This document shows, one piece after another, positions 23,334 through 37,073 of a stretch of 64,000 nucleotides of DNA (within the stretch, counting starts at the first letter, position 1; each line of letters opens with the position of its first letter). The position numbers and the translations under genes are program-made. Source of the DNA: Curvularia clavata (taxonomy: Eukaryota); assembly GCA_023920165.1 (NCBI GenBank), contig CP089279.1, positions 372,001-436,000 of the forward strand. Reading direction: 5' to 3'. The notes beneath the pieces were generated by a model that was given only the letters and a program-made list of their open reading frames with translations, ran no database searches and was not told the origin of the DNA.

Positions 23334-24700
23334 AATGATAATGGTGCTTGTCAAAGTTTAACGTAGGTGTAGTAGGGAATGTTGGCCAAAGTGTAATACA
23401 AGAGCTTGGCGGAGGCGTCTTTGTCTGCTGAGGCGTAGGATGCAGAACAATAACCAGTGGGAACCAGGACGGGACAGGGCAGGATCGAGACAAGGAAACC
23501 AGGGTGGGCAGGCCGACTATAAGGGCCTTTTCGTTTCGCGTCTCGGGACTGTATGGATGGCTGTAGTAGGCCACGCTAAACTTGACAAACCAGAGTTGCG
23601 AGCGGCTGAGTATATCTATCCAATGACGGAGACGTGGTGTGCAAGGCTGCGGCTCTTGGTTCAGGTGGCGATGACGAGGGACAAGACTTTGCAGATTGGC
23701 AGTGAATTTTTAAACAAAACTGGCTGCGCATGACGAATACGTAGGGCTTCTGGATCCGTAACACACAGCGACTTGACCTCATGACACACGTGCGCGCGTC
23801 GTCATCGTTCGGACTCTAACGCCCCCTCGGGCATTAACTTCGCCTGCTCGCGCGCCTCTGCTTCACACCATGTCGTTTACTGCCATTTATTTCCGTCCGG
23901 GACACACAGGGTTCCGAAGCGGCTCTCGATTGATCGGCTGATGGCTGATGCTGATTGCATATGGCTGATGGCGATGAAAGCAGGGCAAATCATCGAAGCC
24001 GTCTCTAAGTTTTAGTCAAGGGCACCGCCACATGGTGTTATGCCATGATTAGGATCATGAGCGGGAGCTGAGTAGAGCAATAGTCAAGCATAAGCAACTA
24101 TTATTCCGGCGGCGGCTGGGTCCTGCATCCGGGTGTGCCGGCGGTTAGCTGCCCTTGTTGGTTACGTGGACAGCTGCACAAAAGAGGGTGCCTGTGGTCG
24201 TCCATGTTCCAACACCGTCGCTTGCCCCCATACGTCAGAGCTGCCTCGCTTAGCGCTGTTCTTGTTCCTGATCCTTCCCGACCAACGTCCTTACATTTGT
24301 ATATCCGCACTGTTTCTTCCCGCGACCGTCATATCCACACGTCGGCCTATTGATATTGCACCGCCATTCCCCAGGCGTTTGAGGCTGAAACTGTTTCCAT
24401 GCGTCAACACGGGGGCGAGAATGTAGTAGCACTGTGGCTGTGGCGCTTTGGTGCACAGTCTGTCCCATTGACTGACGACGACAGCTGCGCCAGCTTTGCC
24501 GTATTGGTGAATGGATCAGACAGCGTCTCCAGCTAGAGTGCGGGATTAACAAGTCTAGAATGTCCCCAGACAGGTGGTGGCTTGTCGCCGGTCCGATTGT
24601 GCACGTGATGTCTAGTCCCAAAGCGGAAGACCCGTGAAAGCGCGTTTGCGGGCCATCGCGTCTCGCGTCACCCCTCCACGTCCAACATCCACCGACCAAC

Positions 24701-25864
24701 ATGTCCAAAGCCGAATCTTCAAAGGCCGCCGCCGCCAACGCTGTCAAGCCCAACCCCAATGCTGCCGGTGGTGCAAATTACGAGCTGCCATGGTAATTCA
24801 TCATCCAGTCCTTCTCCACCCATCCACACTGACGCCTGGCTAGGGTAGAAAAGTACCGTCCCGTCTACCTCGACGACGTCGTTGGTAACACCGAAACCAT
24901 TGAGCGCCTCAAGATCATTGCCAAAGATGGCAACATGCCACACATGATCATCTCGGGCATGCCAGGTATCGGAAAAACAACGTCCATCCTCTGCCTCGCC
25001 CGCCAACTCCTCGGCGATGCCTACAAAGAAGCCGTTCTCGAGCTCAATGCCTCCGACGAGCGTGGTATCGACGTTGTCCGCAATCGTATCAAGGGTTTCG
25101 CACAGAAGAAAGTCACATTGCCCCCGGGCAGGCAAAAGCTCGTCATTCTCGACGAGGCGGACAGCATGACAAGCGGTGCCCAACAGGCGCTGAGGAGGAC
25201 CATGGAAATCTACAGCTCCACCACGCGCTTCGCTTTTGCATGCAACCAGTCCAACAAGATCATTGAGCCGCTGCAATCCAGATGTGCCATCCTCCGATAT
25301 GCCCGTCTTACCGACGCCCAGGTTGTGCGTCGCATCATGCAGATCTGCGAAGCCGAACAAGTCAAGTACTCCGACGACGGCATTGCTGCTCTGGTCTTCT
25401 CGGCAGAGGGAGACATGCGCCAAGCCATCAACAACCTGCAGTCGACATTTGCTGGTTTTGGCTTTGTCAACGGAGACAATGTCTTCAAGGTCGTCGACAG
25501 CCCGCATCCCATCAAGGTGCAATCCATGATCAAGGCGTGTCACGAGCAGCGCATAGACGATGCTTTGACATCCCTAAAGGAGCTCTGGGATCTGGGCTAC
25601 TCGTGCCACGACATTATCAGCACCATGTTCAAAGTCACAAAGACGATAGATACATTGAGTGAGCATGCAAAGCTCGAGTTCATCAAGGTAAGCATAATCT
25701 GTATCACACATGCCTCTGCAAAAGCTAACACTGAGCAGGAGATTGGTTTCACACATATGCGCATCCTCGAGGGCGTGCAGACGCTCTTGCAGCTCTCCGG
25801 CTGCGTCGCGCGCCTGTGTAAGATCAACATGCAGCCCCAGCTGTTTGCTCTCCCTGCCAAATAA
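24701..25864 (+). CDS. RFC4: Replication factor C small subunit (yeast Rfc4/human RFC2 type), 3 exons
   Basis: YELPW|VEKYRP, Walker [47 protein letters not shown]. Introns at ~24793-24843 and ~25688-25737. Confidence 0.95.
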
Positions 25865-26131
25865 TTAAAAGTTGAAGCATTTTTACGGTAGCATTTAGCA
25901 TGGCGTTTGGCGCAGAGACGACCGAGCCGTGGTTGGCAGAACGAATGAAATTTATGATAAACCTACCACTTGAACTTCTTGAGCTTACATGTCACAACTA
26001 CAGATCAGTAATCTTCAGGCTCATGCATGGGATATGATGGGTTCATTTCACATTACACTACATAAACGTAGTCTCTACAAACAGTTGTCGGTGGCCCAGG
26101 CTCCCATGGAGCTGTAACACCATCCGCTCAA

Positions 26132-28156
26132 TTAGTTTCTTGGCGCAGCTGTAGGGTAGATGGGAATAGGGAAGAAGGGCTCTGCCGACGACGTCAACGG
26201 AACAGGAGACTCGGTGTGCGTCGTGTTGGCAGGGCCCGAAGAAGTAAGACTAGCAGTCACCTTCTCCTCGCCAGTAGCGATGTCATAGTGATACAGGGTA
26301 CGGTTGAAGTACGCCAGCGCAGCAACAGCTACAAGTGTCGTTAGCAAATCGATAATCCCGAGCAAATTGTTTCTAGAACAAAAGACTTACGCTGGTAGTA
26401 AGGCACCTCATGGCCCGCCTCGTAGATGCGTGCAAAGCTAAAGTTGCCATACTGTCGTACCTCGCCATACTGTGTGCCGTCGACCACCATGCCCTCGTAG
26501 CCCGCGGCACGGAACTCCTTGCTGTGCGTGTAGTCCAGCGCCAGACTGATGGCTTCGCCGCCGAACCAGTTGCCTGTGACACGGACATGTTAGTATTTCG
26601 CTTTCTCTCGATTTGGTAAATAGATAGCTATTCCACTCAAACTTACAGATGTAATCCGCATCTCCATACGCCAGACTGACCCTTACACCTTGGTCAAGCA
26701 GGTACTCCAAGTCTAGCCTAAAGTTGGGAAAGATAAAGTCACCCGTATTCTGGAACGCATAGTAGATTGGGGTATTCGACGACGTATAGTTCAGCGTGAC
26801 ACCAAGCGCCTGCTGGATCTCTGGCAGATTGACATAGTCACCGTAGTTAGAAGGTGGGGTAGGGTCGTCCTGCGGGTGACGGATATCGTAAGTGCCGCGG
26901 CCACTGTAGTAGTAGTACGGCGACTCGACGTTGTCACGGCACATGTCGGCGGCTTCGTTGCATACTTGCAGGACGCCGGGGGTGAGGTCTGCTTGGGTAA
27001 TGGGGCGGTCGACATGGTAGTACGAGCCGTTGGCTTCGGCGGCAAGGCGGCAGACACCGATTTGGTAGAGACATCCGTTGGCCATGTTGGCGGCGAATTT
27101 GGCATAGTTGTACACCGTGTCGTTATAGGCCTTGATGCCGTAGGTGTTGTTCACGGCAAACTCTGGGTAGTATTCGACTTGGGTGGCTTCGTCGATAATG
27201 CCGTTAATTATGCCGAGGGAATTGAAGTTCATCTGATAGCCCGGCATGGTTCCGTTCTGGATCTTGAGGTTTTGCTTGTAGAAGTAGCTGAAGAAGGCAG
27301 GGCCGTAGTGGCCACCGTATGACTCGGTGAAGAGGTTGAATTCCCGTGCTGGGCTCAGAGGACCGAGTTTGGCGTCGAACTTGGGTATGGTAGCCAGCAG
27401 CGCTTGGAAAACGTGCTGTATGAGGGCATTTGATTAGCAGGAAGCACAAAGAAACGAGAATGCTAGCCAAGACTTACCCATGTTGCAGCTGCAGCAAGAT
27501 CCGTAGTGTCGATTTTGCCCTCATTGAGAGGCTCCAGGAGCGGGTATCGCCCGTCAGCCGGCCATTCAGTCGAGTTGTAGTGGAAGTCTCCCGTCACTGG
27601 GTTCAAGCTACCAACTCCTTGCTTCTGGTAACTAAATCCCGTGCCGACAGGCTGGGAAATGTACAGCATGTTGGAGACATTGTTCCAGCTGTACGGATTG
27701 TAAACAGCCGTAAGATTATCATCAATACTGCATGGTCCGTTTTCCTCAAAGAGTCCAATCAGTGAATCCGATCCAGGGCCGCCATTCAACCACAGAGAGA
27801 ACGGGTCGGATGCAGGGTTGTTCCTGGACTCGAAGAACCAGAAGAAGACGTGAACCTAGGAAGAGTCAGTTAGACATTTTTATCGATGCCAGAAAAACAA
27901 GGCGGATACGTACGTCGGGTGCAAGATCCACGTATCCAGAATAGCTGTTTACACCAGGCGTCGTCTCACAGATCTCAGGGTTCTTGTACCGAATAGTGAC
28001 ATTGTTTGGTGCCGTGGCTGTCTTGTAATCATGGACTTCCTTGGGCAGATAGACAGCATCACTGCGCTTGCTCCAGTGCTTCCTCGACACAGCCGCCGCC
28101 TGCGACGCAAGCGACGAAAGTGCCAGCAGCGGCGTTGCTACCGACTTGGTCAGCAT
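26132..28156 (-). CDS. Secreted serine carboxypeptidase (S10), multi-exon
   Basis: Signal peptide from ATG 28156. [24 protein letters not shown], catalytic [17 protein letters not shown] and [11 protein letters not shown]. Confidence 0.92.
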
Positions 28157-29502
28157 ATTGACTTGACCGCCAGTAATAGCAAGTGTAGAAAGTACAACAA
28201 GACGAGTTGGACGAGCAGGAAGCGCAGGATAAAACAAACATACCTTGGCTGGCGTATTTAAGCTTTTGGGGACAATGCTTGTCAAGACTTGGCCACCGGC
28301 CGTGTCTCCACTTGAACTAAGTAGATCACTATCTCAACGAACTATGACTGCGGGATTTCACCCAAAGATGCCATACTGTGACAAGGATGTTGTTGGCTCC
28401 TGCCCTAACGAGTTTAGCCCAGCTACGTATAAACATACAATGGAGTAAGCATCGGAAACCTGCTTCTCCACCGCAAGGACGTAAGAGTTTATTGCCGGGT
28501 CGATAACGGCAGAGAGAATTTCCCGCGGTGGTATCTATAGGCTGCAGCAGGAGACAATGACATGCGTGCCTTCATCTTCGGCCCTACCCATCACACCGCT
28601 AATAGGCTGATTGCAAGTCAAGGGCAGAAAAATGCCAGGTACCCAGAGCTTGCATACAATATGCTTTCGGTGTTACACGGCGAATTGGTGTAGCATTCAT
28701 ACAATCCGGATACCCGGCTTTGGGCGCATGCAAGAGGGCGAAATGGTACCAGGGGAAAAAAAGTGACAGATGGTGTGATTGGATTAACGCGCATCCTTGC
28801 TTATTTTACGCCCGCTGCACCCCCTCTTTCGAAGCAATGACTACGAAGAGCCGAGTCGCTGATGGATCAAGGCGGAATGACTAGGAGGGTGGAGTTAGAC
28901 TGTAGTTGGGAGGTGTGTATGTATGTTGTGTGTGCACGGGATAGCGGTGCTCCAAAATCGATAGCGTAGCCCGTATCTCTGGCTCAGAGAGGTATGCCCG
29001 ATGACGTTTAGATACTGCACACTAGATCAAGCCATTGTTAGTATCAACATCGGTGTCGGAAATGACCATCAGACCAGATGTGAGGGGGTAACTTTGAAGT
29101 TCATATTAAACACTACTCAGCATCGGACCGAAGAGAGTGCTATTGTCAAGGTAAACCCTAGCCTATATCAACAGAATAGGCAAAGCAGAGGGAAATGCGC
29201 ATTAACTAGGTATATGCAAGGCACAGGAGCACCTTGTGTATAAGTGAGATGTGTAGTCCGAGATGTATGAGTAAGACGCATAGTCACAAGTATATGTAAA
29301 TGCGTCAGACGCACACTCCCAAGCAACTCAATCAACAATTGGCCTCAAATCACCGACGCGCCCGCCAAACGCAGCCCTCTCTCAAATAAAGAACCAAGGA
29401 TAAATTTCCCGTTAAGATTTCAAAAAGCTATCATTCGTAATCTTCGTTGCCTTCGTATAGTAGAATCTGTCGTTTCAAGAAAGAGACACATTGCTGCAGC
29501 AG

Positions 29503-29612
29503 GAAGAGAGAGAGGGAGAGAGAGAAAGAAAAAAGTCCAAGGGGGATAAAGAGAATGACGTGAAAAAGAAAATGAGAGATGGAGAAAGGAAATAAGAAAA
29601 AAAAGGGAAGGT
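29503..29612 (+). repeat. Purine-rich (GA/A) low-complexity tract
   Basis: gaagagagagagggagagagagaaagaaaaaag ... aagaaaaaaaagggaagg, downstream of the 29886-31220 gene. Confidence 0.6.
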
Positions 29613-29885
29613 CGGACCAAGCGAACATACCCCTCGCTCTCTGTGGAGGACTAAAGAGAGATGTAGAGAGAGGTAAGCCGGATCCGGTACAACGACCCAA
29701 GAAGATAAAATATACAGTCCGAAATCCCGTTTTTCCAGCGCACAAGACACTGCGCCTAACCATTCGCCGCGAAATTGTTTGGAGACAACCCAAGCCCAAC
29801 TGCATCTTGCTGACTTGGTTTCTTTTTTTCTTCTTATCGTTAATTCCTCCCGCACAAGAATAAATGTCACCACGCTCTATCGCTG

Positions 29886-31220
29886 TCAGAAGATCTCATG
29901 GCCCAACCCACCGTACCCATCATCTCTCGCACCGCCTTGCTTCCCTGTACCCTTCTTTTTAGCTTCTGCTTCGAGCTCCTTGGGCAAACTCGGTACGAGC
30001 GGGACTGTGACGCCATCGGGTACAACACTAACCGGCTCTTCATGTCTGATGCTGCTCCTCGAGAACTTCTTGCGCAGGCGCGAGCTTTGCCTTTGAGAGT
30101 TCTTGGCCTTGCGGTTAGAAGGTCCCTTGGAGCGCTTGGTAGTAGGCTCGGCAGCAGCGTCTTCTTCCTCATCTTCCTCATCTTCACCGTCTTCATGTTC
30201 CGACGCAGATGGTACAGAGACCATGTCTGTGTCGCCTTCAGAATCGGTGGGTACGGGCTTGTACTCTGCGTCCGAGTCGTGGGCAGCAGTTTTGCGCTTC
30301 TTGACGAGTCTGCCCATGCTTCTCAGCGCTTTCGAGTCTGAGAACGAGCTTCGAACCTCGGGCGATGCGGCTTCGTTCTCGCTCTGTGTAACGTCGGGTG
30401 TAGGGGGCGCAAATTTCGGGACGGGTGGAACGGGTGGCAGATCGTTGTAGAGGACGGTGTGGAGCTCTTTGCGGGCCGAGGCGAGCTTGAATTCGAGGTC
30501 AGAGACGCGCTTGGTAAGCTTCTTTTGCTTGTTGAGGTCCTTCTTGCTGGGCATGCGGTTTAGACCTGGTGTTCCTGGCGTGCGTGGAGTGCGCACAGGA
30601 GTCGCGGCCTCGACTAATTCTGTCGTCAATCCCAGCTGCATCTTCTCAGCGGGGTGGAGCTTCTGACCATTTACTCTGGCAGCCATGCCTGGTCTTACAA
30701 AGACCTTTGGTGTGGGAAGCAGCCCACGATCCTTGGCGTCGTAGTATGCGATTTCAGCAGCTCTCTTGCGCTCGTCAAGCAACTGCTGATGCTGTTCTCT
30801 ATCCCGCTCAGCATCGGTGCTGCCAGCTTTCCGCTTGCCCAAGACGCTGCCAAACATGGATGCAAAAGCACGCTGTATGCGCGCATATGCTCCTTCGCTC
30901 GGCGCAGCAGCCGAACCAGAGCTGGAGCTGCTGCTGCTCCTGTCTAATCTGGCAGGGCCAGAGAGAGTCCTCGAGTGCGCAGGTCTAGCTACCCGCTCCT
31001 CATGGCTCGCAGAGCTCTTCCTCGTCGTGGGCGGCAGCGCATTCTCCTCATTGAACTGGTCAATCAGTTCCTCGACACCAATGTCTTTCCAGAGCTCGTC
31101 GGGCGGCGGCCGGATGGTGCTGTTTGTGTTTGTGTGCTCTCGAAAGCGCGATGCGCGCGGGCGATTCGCATCGTCGGTGTCTTCGCTCATGGCCAGGGTG
31201 GTGGAGCGTGTAACGGGCAT
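29886..31220 (-). CDS. Hypothetical low-complexity, probably nuclear protein
   Basis: 444-codon ORF with coding-like codon use, basic NLS-like clusters (GKRK, KKRK), a coiled-coil segment (KKLTKRVSDLEFKLASARKEL) and an acidic tract. Possible in-frame intron near 30620-30675. Confidence 0.7.
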   Translation of the reverse strand: MPVTRSTTLAMSEDTDDANRPRASRFREHTNTNSTIRPPPDELWKDIGVEELIDQFNEENALPPTTRKSSASHEERVARPAHSRTLSGPARLDRSSSSSSSGSAAAPSEGAYARIQRAFASMFGSVLGKRKAGSTDAERDREQHQQLLDERKRAAEIAYYDAKDRGLLPTPKVFVRPGMAARVNGQKLHPAEKMQLGLTTELVEAATPVRTPRTPGTPGLNRMPSKKDLNKQKKLTKRVSDLEFKLASARKELHTVLYNDLPPVPPVPKFAPPTPDVTQSENEAASPEVRSSFSDSKALRSMGRLVKKRKTAAHDSDAEYKPVPTDSEGDTDMVSVPSASEHEDGEDEEDEEEDAAAEPTTKRSKGPSNRKAKNSQRQSSRLRKKFSRSSIRHEEPVSVVPDGVTVPLVPSLPKELEAEAKKKGTGKQGGARDDGYGGLGHEIF

Positions 31221-31689
31221 AAGCGCTCCTCAGGCACACGGCAAGGCGAGGAGCGTGAGCAGAGTCTGGGATGGAAAGTGAAGGGCGTGACCAGGCGGGC
31301 GGGCAGCTGTTGTTGTTTGCTGGACCCGAAGGATCGCAAGTCGGCCATGGCCCAAAAACAAGCCATAGTACCGAGATTGAGGACCCTGCGGCAGTGAACA
31401 TGACTTGGCGCTCGGTGATTGCTCGTACCTGTGCGCTACACTCCACTATGCGTTGTCGCCAGCCGCTCACCGCCCTGGCAACTACCCATGCTCTCTATCG
31501 ATAAAGATGTCTTTTTTTTCTTTTCTCAACATAGTAAAGTTCTAGTAAAGCAGACACCGCGGGGCTCTACTCCAGATACAAGTGCATTAAACCGATCTAC
31601 GTGCAGTCCCATGGTGCACATACTGCACGGGATCCAGCTGGAAAATCCGCCCAAAGTAAATACACATGCAAAAACAATCCTCCATCTCT

Positions 31690-33934
31690 CTATAGCTTGG
31701 ACTTGAGTGCCGATTCCGCGGCCAGCGCCTCCTCGTAGCAGTCATCCAGATGCTGTCTAAAGGCCTTCGCCGTCTGCGGACGCTTAAGTTTGAGTCTGTG
31801 TCTTGTTAGCGTATGTTACTAAATTAGAGCTTCCCAAGGAAACTTACGTTGGTGTCAAGAGCTGGTTCTCAATCGTAAAAGGATCGACAAACAGCCTTAC
31901 AGCCTTTACGCGCTCGTAGCTATTGAACTTGTTCTTCCGTCCAACCTTGTCCAGCTCCTTCAGCACCGCCTGCTGCACCTTCTTGTTCTGGCACGCCTCC
32001 CTGAGCTTCTCCATATCGCCTTCGGGAATCTTCTCACCAAGGACCTTGGACGCAAACTGCGGGAACAGGTCTGGCGCAACTCCGAAAATGGCGACAAGGA
32101 ACGACTGGTGTGAATCGCCGTGGACGTAGGCAGAGGCGAGGTAGCTGCAGTTGGCCAGGTACTGGTTCTCAATGCGCTCTGGTGAAATGTACTCGCCCTG
32201 TGCGAGCTTGAGAACGTTCTTCTTGCGGTCGATAATCTTGAAGCGGCCAAGCTCGTCGACAGTGCAGATGTCGCCCGTGTGGAACCAACCCTCGGCATCA
32301 ACGGCCTTTGCCGTCTCCTCCTCGTTGCGGAAGTACTCCCTGAATTGCGACGCGGAGCGAATGACTAGTTCACCACGGGGGTACGGCTTGTCGGAGGCAA
32401 AGTATTCCATGTCCGGGACGTCGACCAGAGCACACTCGGTGTTTGGCACCACGCCACCACAGTTACCCGACGAGACATCGCCCTCGTGCTGAACCAGAGA
32501 TGCCGCGTACGTCTCGGTCAAGCCATATCCCTGAGGGAAGTGGTTCGAGAAGACAATACGCAGGAACGAATGCAGATCAGGATCAATGGGCGCAGAGCCA
32601 CTGACCATGACCCTGCATCGATCCAGACCAAGACCCGCAGCTACCTTGTTAGCCCAAATGCGGTCATACAGCATATGCGTGTTGGTTGGGTTCTGCTTGT
32701 CCTTGATAGCCGCAAGCTTGGTCGACACGACGTGCCGCGACAGAGCTCCCCTGACACCAGATGCCTGGACCGTTGCTTCCTTGATCTTTCCTCCAAACCG
32801 GTTGTACAGCCTTGGGACACCAGAGAAGACGGTAGGCCGTACCAGCTTGAGGTCGTCGACGAGCTCCACAATGTTTCCGTGGAAGTAACCAATTGCTGAG
32901 CCAGCTGCAAGTGCGGTATGCTCTCCCAGACGCTGATAAATATGCGCAAGGGGCAGGAAAGAGCAGATGACCTCATCTTGCTTACTGCCAGTAAGAACCA
33001 TGCTCGTGCAAGTCGCAGAGTGCGCGTTACGCTGGGTCAGGACCACACCCTTGGGATTACCGGTGGTTCCAGAAGTGTAGTTGATGGTAACAATGTCATC
33101 TGGGGAAGGTGGGTTCATCGGAAGAGGCTGCTTCTCGCCCAAGGCCTCTACATCTCGGATGTAATGGATCGTCACACCTTGCTCGTTGGCAAGCGAGTTC
33201 AGGAGGTCTCCTTTGGACTCGCCGGGAAGCTCACCAGCCGACAATGGATCGAGAACAACAATGATCTTGAGAGTCGGGAGGCGCGGCTTCAGCTTCAAAA
33301 GCGCAGTGACGTGGTTAATTCCAGCAACAACGCACGCCAGCTCGGCATGGTTGATGATGTATTCGGTCGTGTCGGGACCCAGCGTGTCGTAGATGGAGAC
33401 TGTGTAGAGGCCTTGCGACATGCAAGCCAGGTCAGTAATCTGCCATTCAGGCCTGTTCTGACACCACAGCCCAATACCGTACTTTGACCCAGTCACACCA
33501 GCCTGTCTGTGCAGGTGCACCAGTCCAGCACCAAAATCCTTTCTCCGCTTTGCAATTGTCTCGTAGTCTTCCCAAACGTAGGGACCGAAGGTCTTGGTAA
33601 CAGCATCGTATGGGCGGTGGCCGAGGCACTTCTTCTTGGGCCACTTTGCAACTGAGTTCTCGAATGCCTCGTGGGGTGTACTGATCTGTCACTTGTGTCA
33701 GTCGTTGCTTTGCAGAAGAATTGACATTTTCTGCGAGAGTGAAACAAAAAAGTAAAGTACCTCGGGAACTAATTTCTCCAATAGAGGCTTATCGGCAAAC
33801 TTCCAGTGCCTGTAGACGGCTGTTCTTCCTTCCGTCGCGGTACCAGGCAGGGGAACGCTAAACGGCTGACCCTTTGGCGGAGGCGCATGAAGCTGATTTG
33901 CGCGCTCAATCTGAAGATCCGTGCCTCCAAACAT
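31690..33934 (-). CDS. Long-chain fatty acyl-CoA synthetase (FAA2-like) with C-terminal PTS1
   Basis: AMP-binding YTSGTTGNPKG, GYGLTET, WFHTGD, IDRKKNVLKLAQGEY. The last exon (after an intron at ~31797-31847) reads LKLKRPQ...ALKSKL*. Probable 5'UTR intron 33965-34165. Confidence 0.92.
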
Positions 33935-35394
33935 ATTTGCAAGCTGTGCGCAAAAAGCTCAGGACTGAATAGACTCAAAGTATAGGTACAGCGTTTACGC
34001 AGATTAGGCGGGCGCAGCAGTCAGGAAGGCAACCAATGACGCCAAGCGAGGCTGTGATTATGCTTCCTACACCCCATAGCAAACATGTCAGTAAAAAAGT
34101 ATCTCCAACGGCCAAAAGAAAGAAAAAAACGGTTGTCACCCAAGATGACAGCATACAGTACGTACCTGTGATGTCTAGTAGTGCGCCACGACGATCCTTG
34201 CCCAACGAGCGCAAACAAACTTCCCTTCTCAGCTAGTTATGGTACGGTAGCTCGTTGCACTACACAGACGCCACCAAGCTTGCAACAGCTTGAAGTATCG
34301 AAAGTAAGAAAGTGAGAAGTAAGAAGAACAAGTGTTCTGACAGGAGAGAAAGAGAAAGAGAAGGGAGAGAGAGAGAGACACGGAATCACTCGGACACCCA
34401 CATACCCCATCACCCACAGCACGCGCACAGCACCCAGACCAAGGCCCACATTGCTCTCCCCCATATTTGGCCCTGCCTTGGCTCCTTGTGCCTCGGCATC
34501 TCTCTAGAGGGTCCACTCAAAATGACGCGCTCCGCACCAACCCCGGAGAAAAGAGGCCAAGTTGACTCTCCGCTACCAAGACGCGCAGAGAAGCTCCCCG
34601 GGGCATAATCTCCACAATAGACGTGTGCGCCGAGTGGCTTATTTTTTCCCTTTTCCCCAGAAGATAGTTGCTGACAGGAACCTGCGGAGACGACGACGAA
34701 GGTACGAGTAAGCTTACCCCCGAATACGTTTTTGTCTCTTGTCGCGAGCAGCAGCACCACACATGACGGTTTCCCTACCGACCCTGTAAAGATCGTTGCA
34801 ACTACGTAGTTTAGCTGCGACCGATGCAGCACCGTTGCGCCCCCCTCATGAACAAAGAAAGCAAAAATGCGCAAGCATGTGAAATCCGCATAATAAGTCA
34901 CAAGCATGTGCACCTTCCCCTCCTCTCTCTCATACACTTTCATGCAGAAAATAAGGGACGAGGGGAATGTGTGTCGCAGTCATGCGGACCTTTTCCCTGT
35001 TTTTCACATGCCGGCACTGCCTCGATGAATCTGGGGTAGTCGAGCGGAATGGGAATCGCCCTGCTAGCCGCGGCTGATTGGTCGGGCCGGAGCTAGGCTG
35101 GATGGGGAAAGTGCCGAGGTACATGGTACATCTGTATTTGGCGGACGAGGGACAAGTCGGATAGAGATGGATGTGGGGTTGTGATTGCATTGAGATGTTG
35201 TGCGTAGTATTAAGGGAAGAGAATGAAGGCAAGGGGGAAAGAAAAGGGGAGTTGAAGTGTACTTGGTATCAATTGGCTCTTCTGCTACTATCCATATCAC
35301 ACACACATCCTTTCCACCACCGTCTGCCGCCTCTCGTTGCTTTTTACAATTCGCAAAATCCTCAGCCTCGGTCCTCGCGCTCCTTCCCCGAATC

Positions 35395-37073
<1,679 letters not shown>

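Noticed and set aside
23155..23574. 592-aa version of the aspartic protease
   Set aside because: The extra N-terminus is read-through of the intron and 5'UTR; the real signal peptide is in another frame starting at 23333.
24719..25543. 274-aa antisense ORF over RFC4 (similar ones lie over veA, PP5, RTA1 and the acyl-CoA ligase)
   Set aside because: Shadow ORFs expected from C/G-ending codon bias of the sense gene; no independent motifs.
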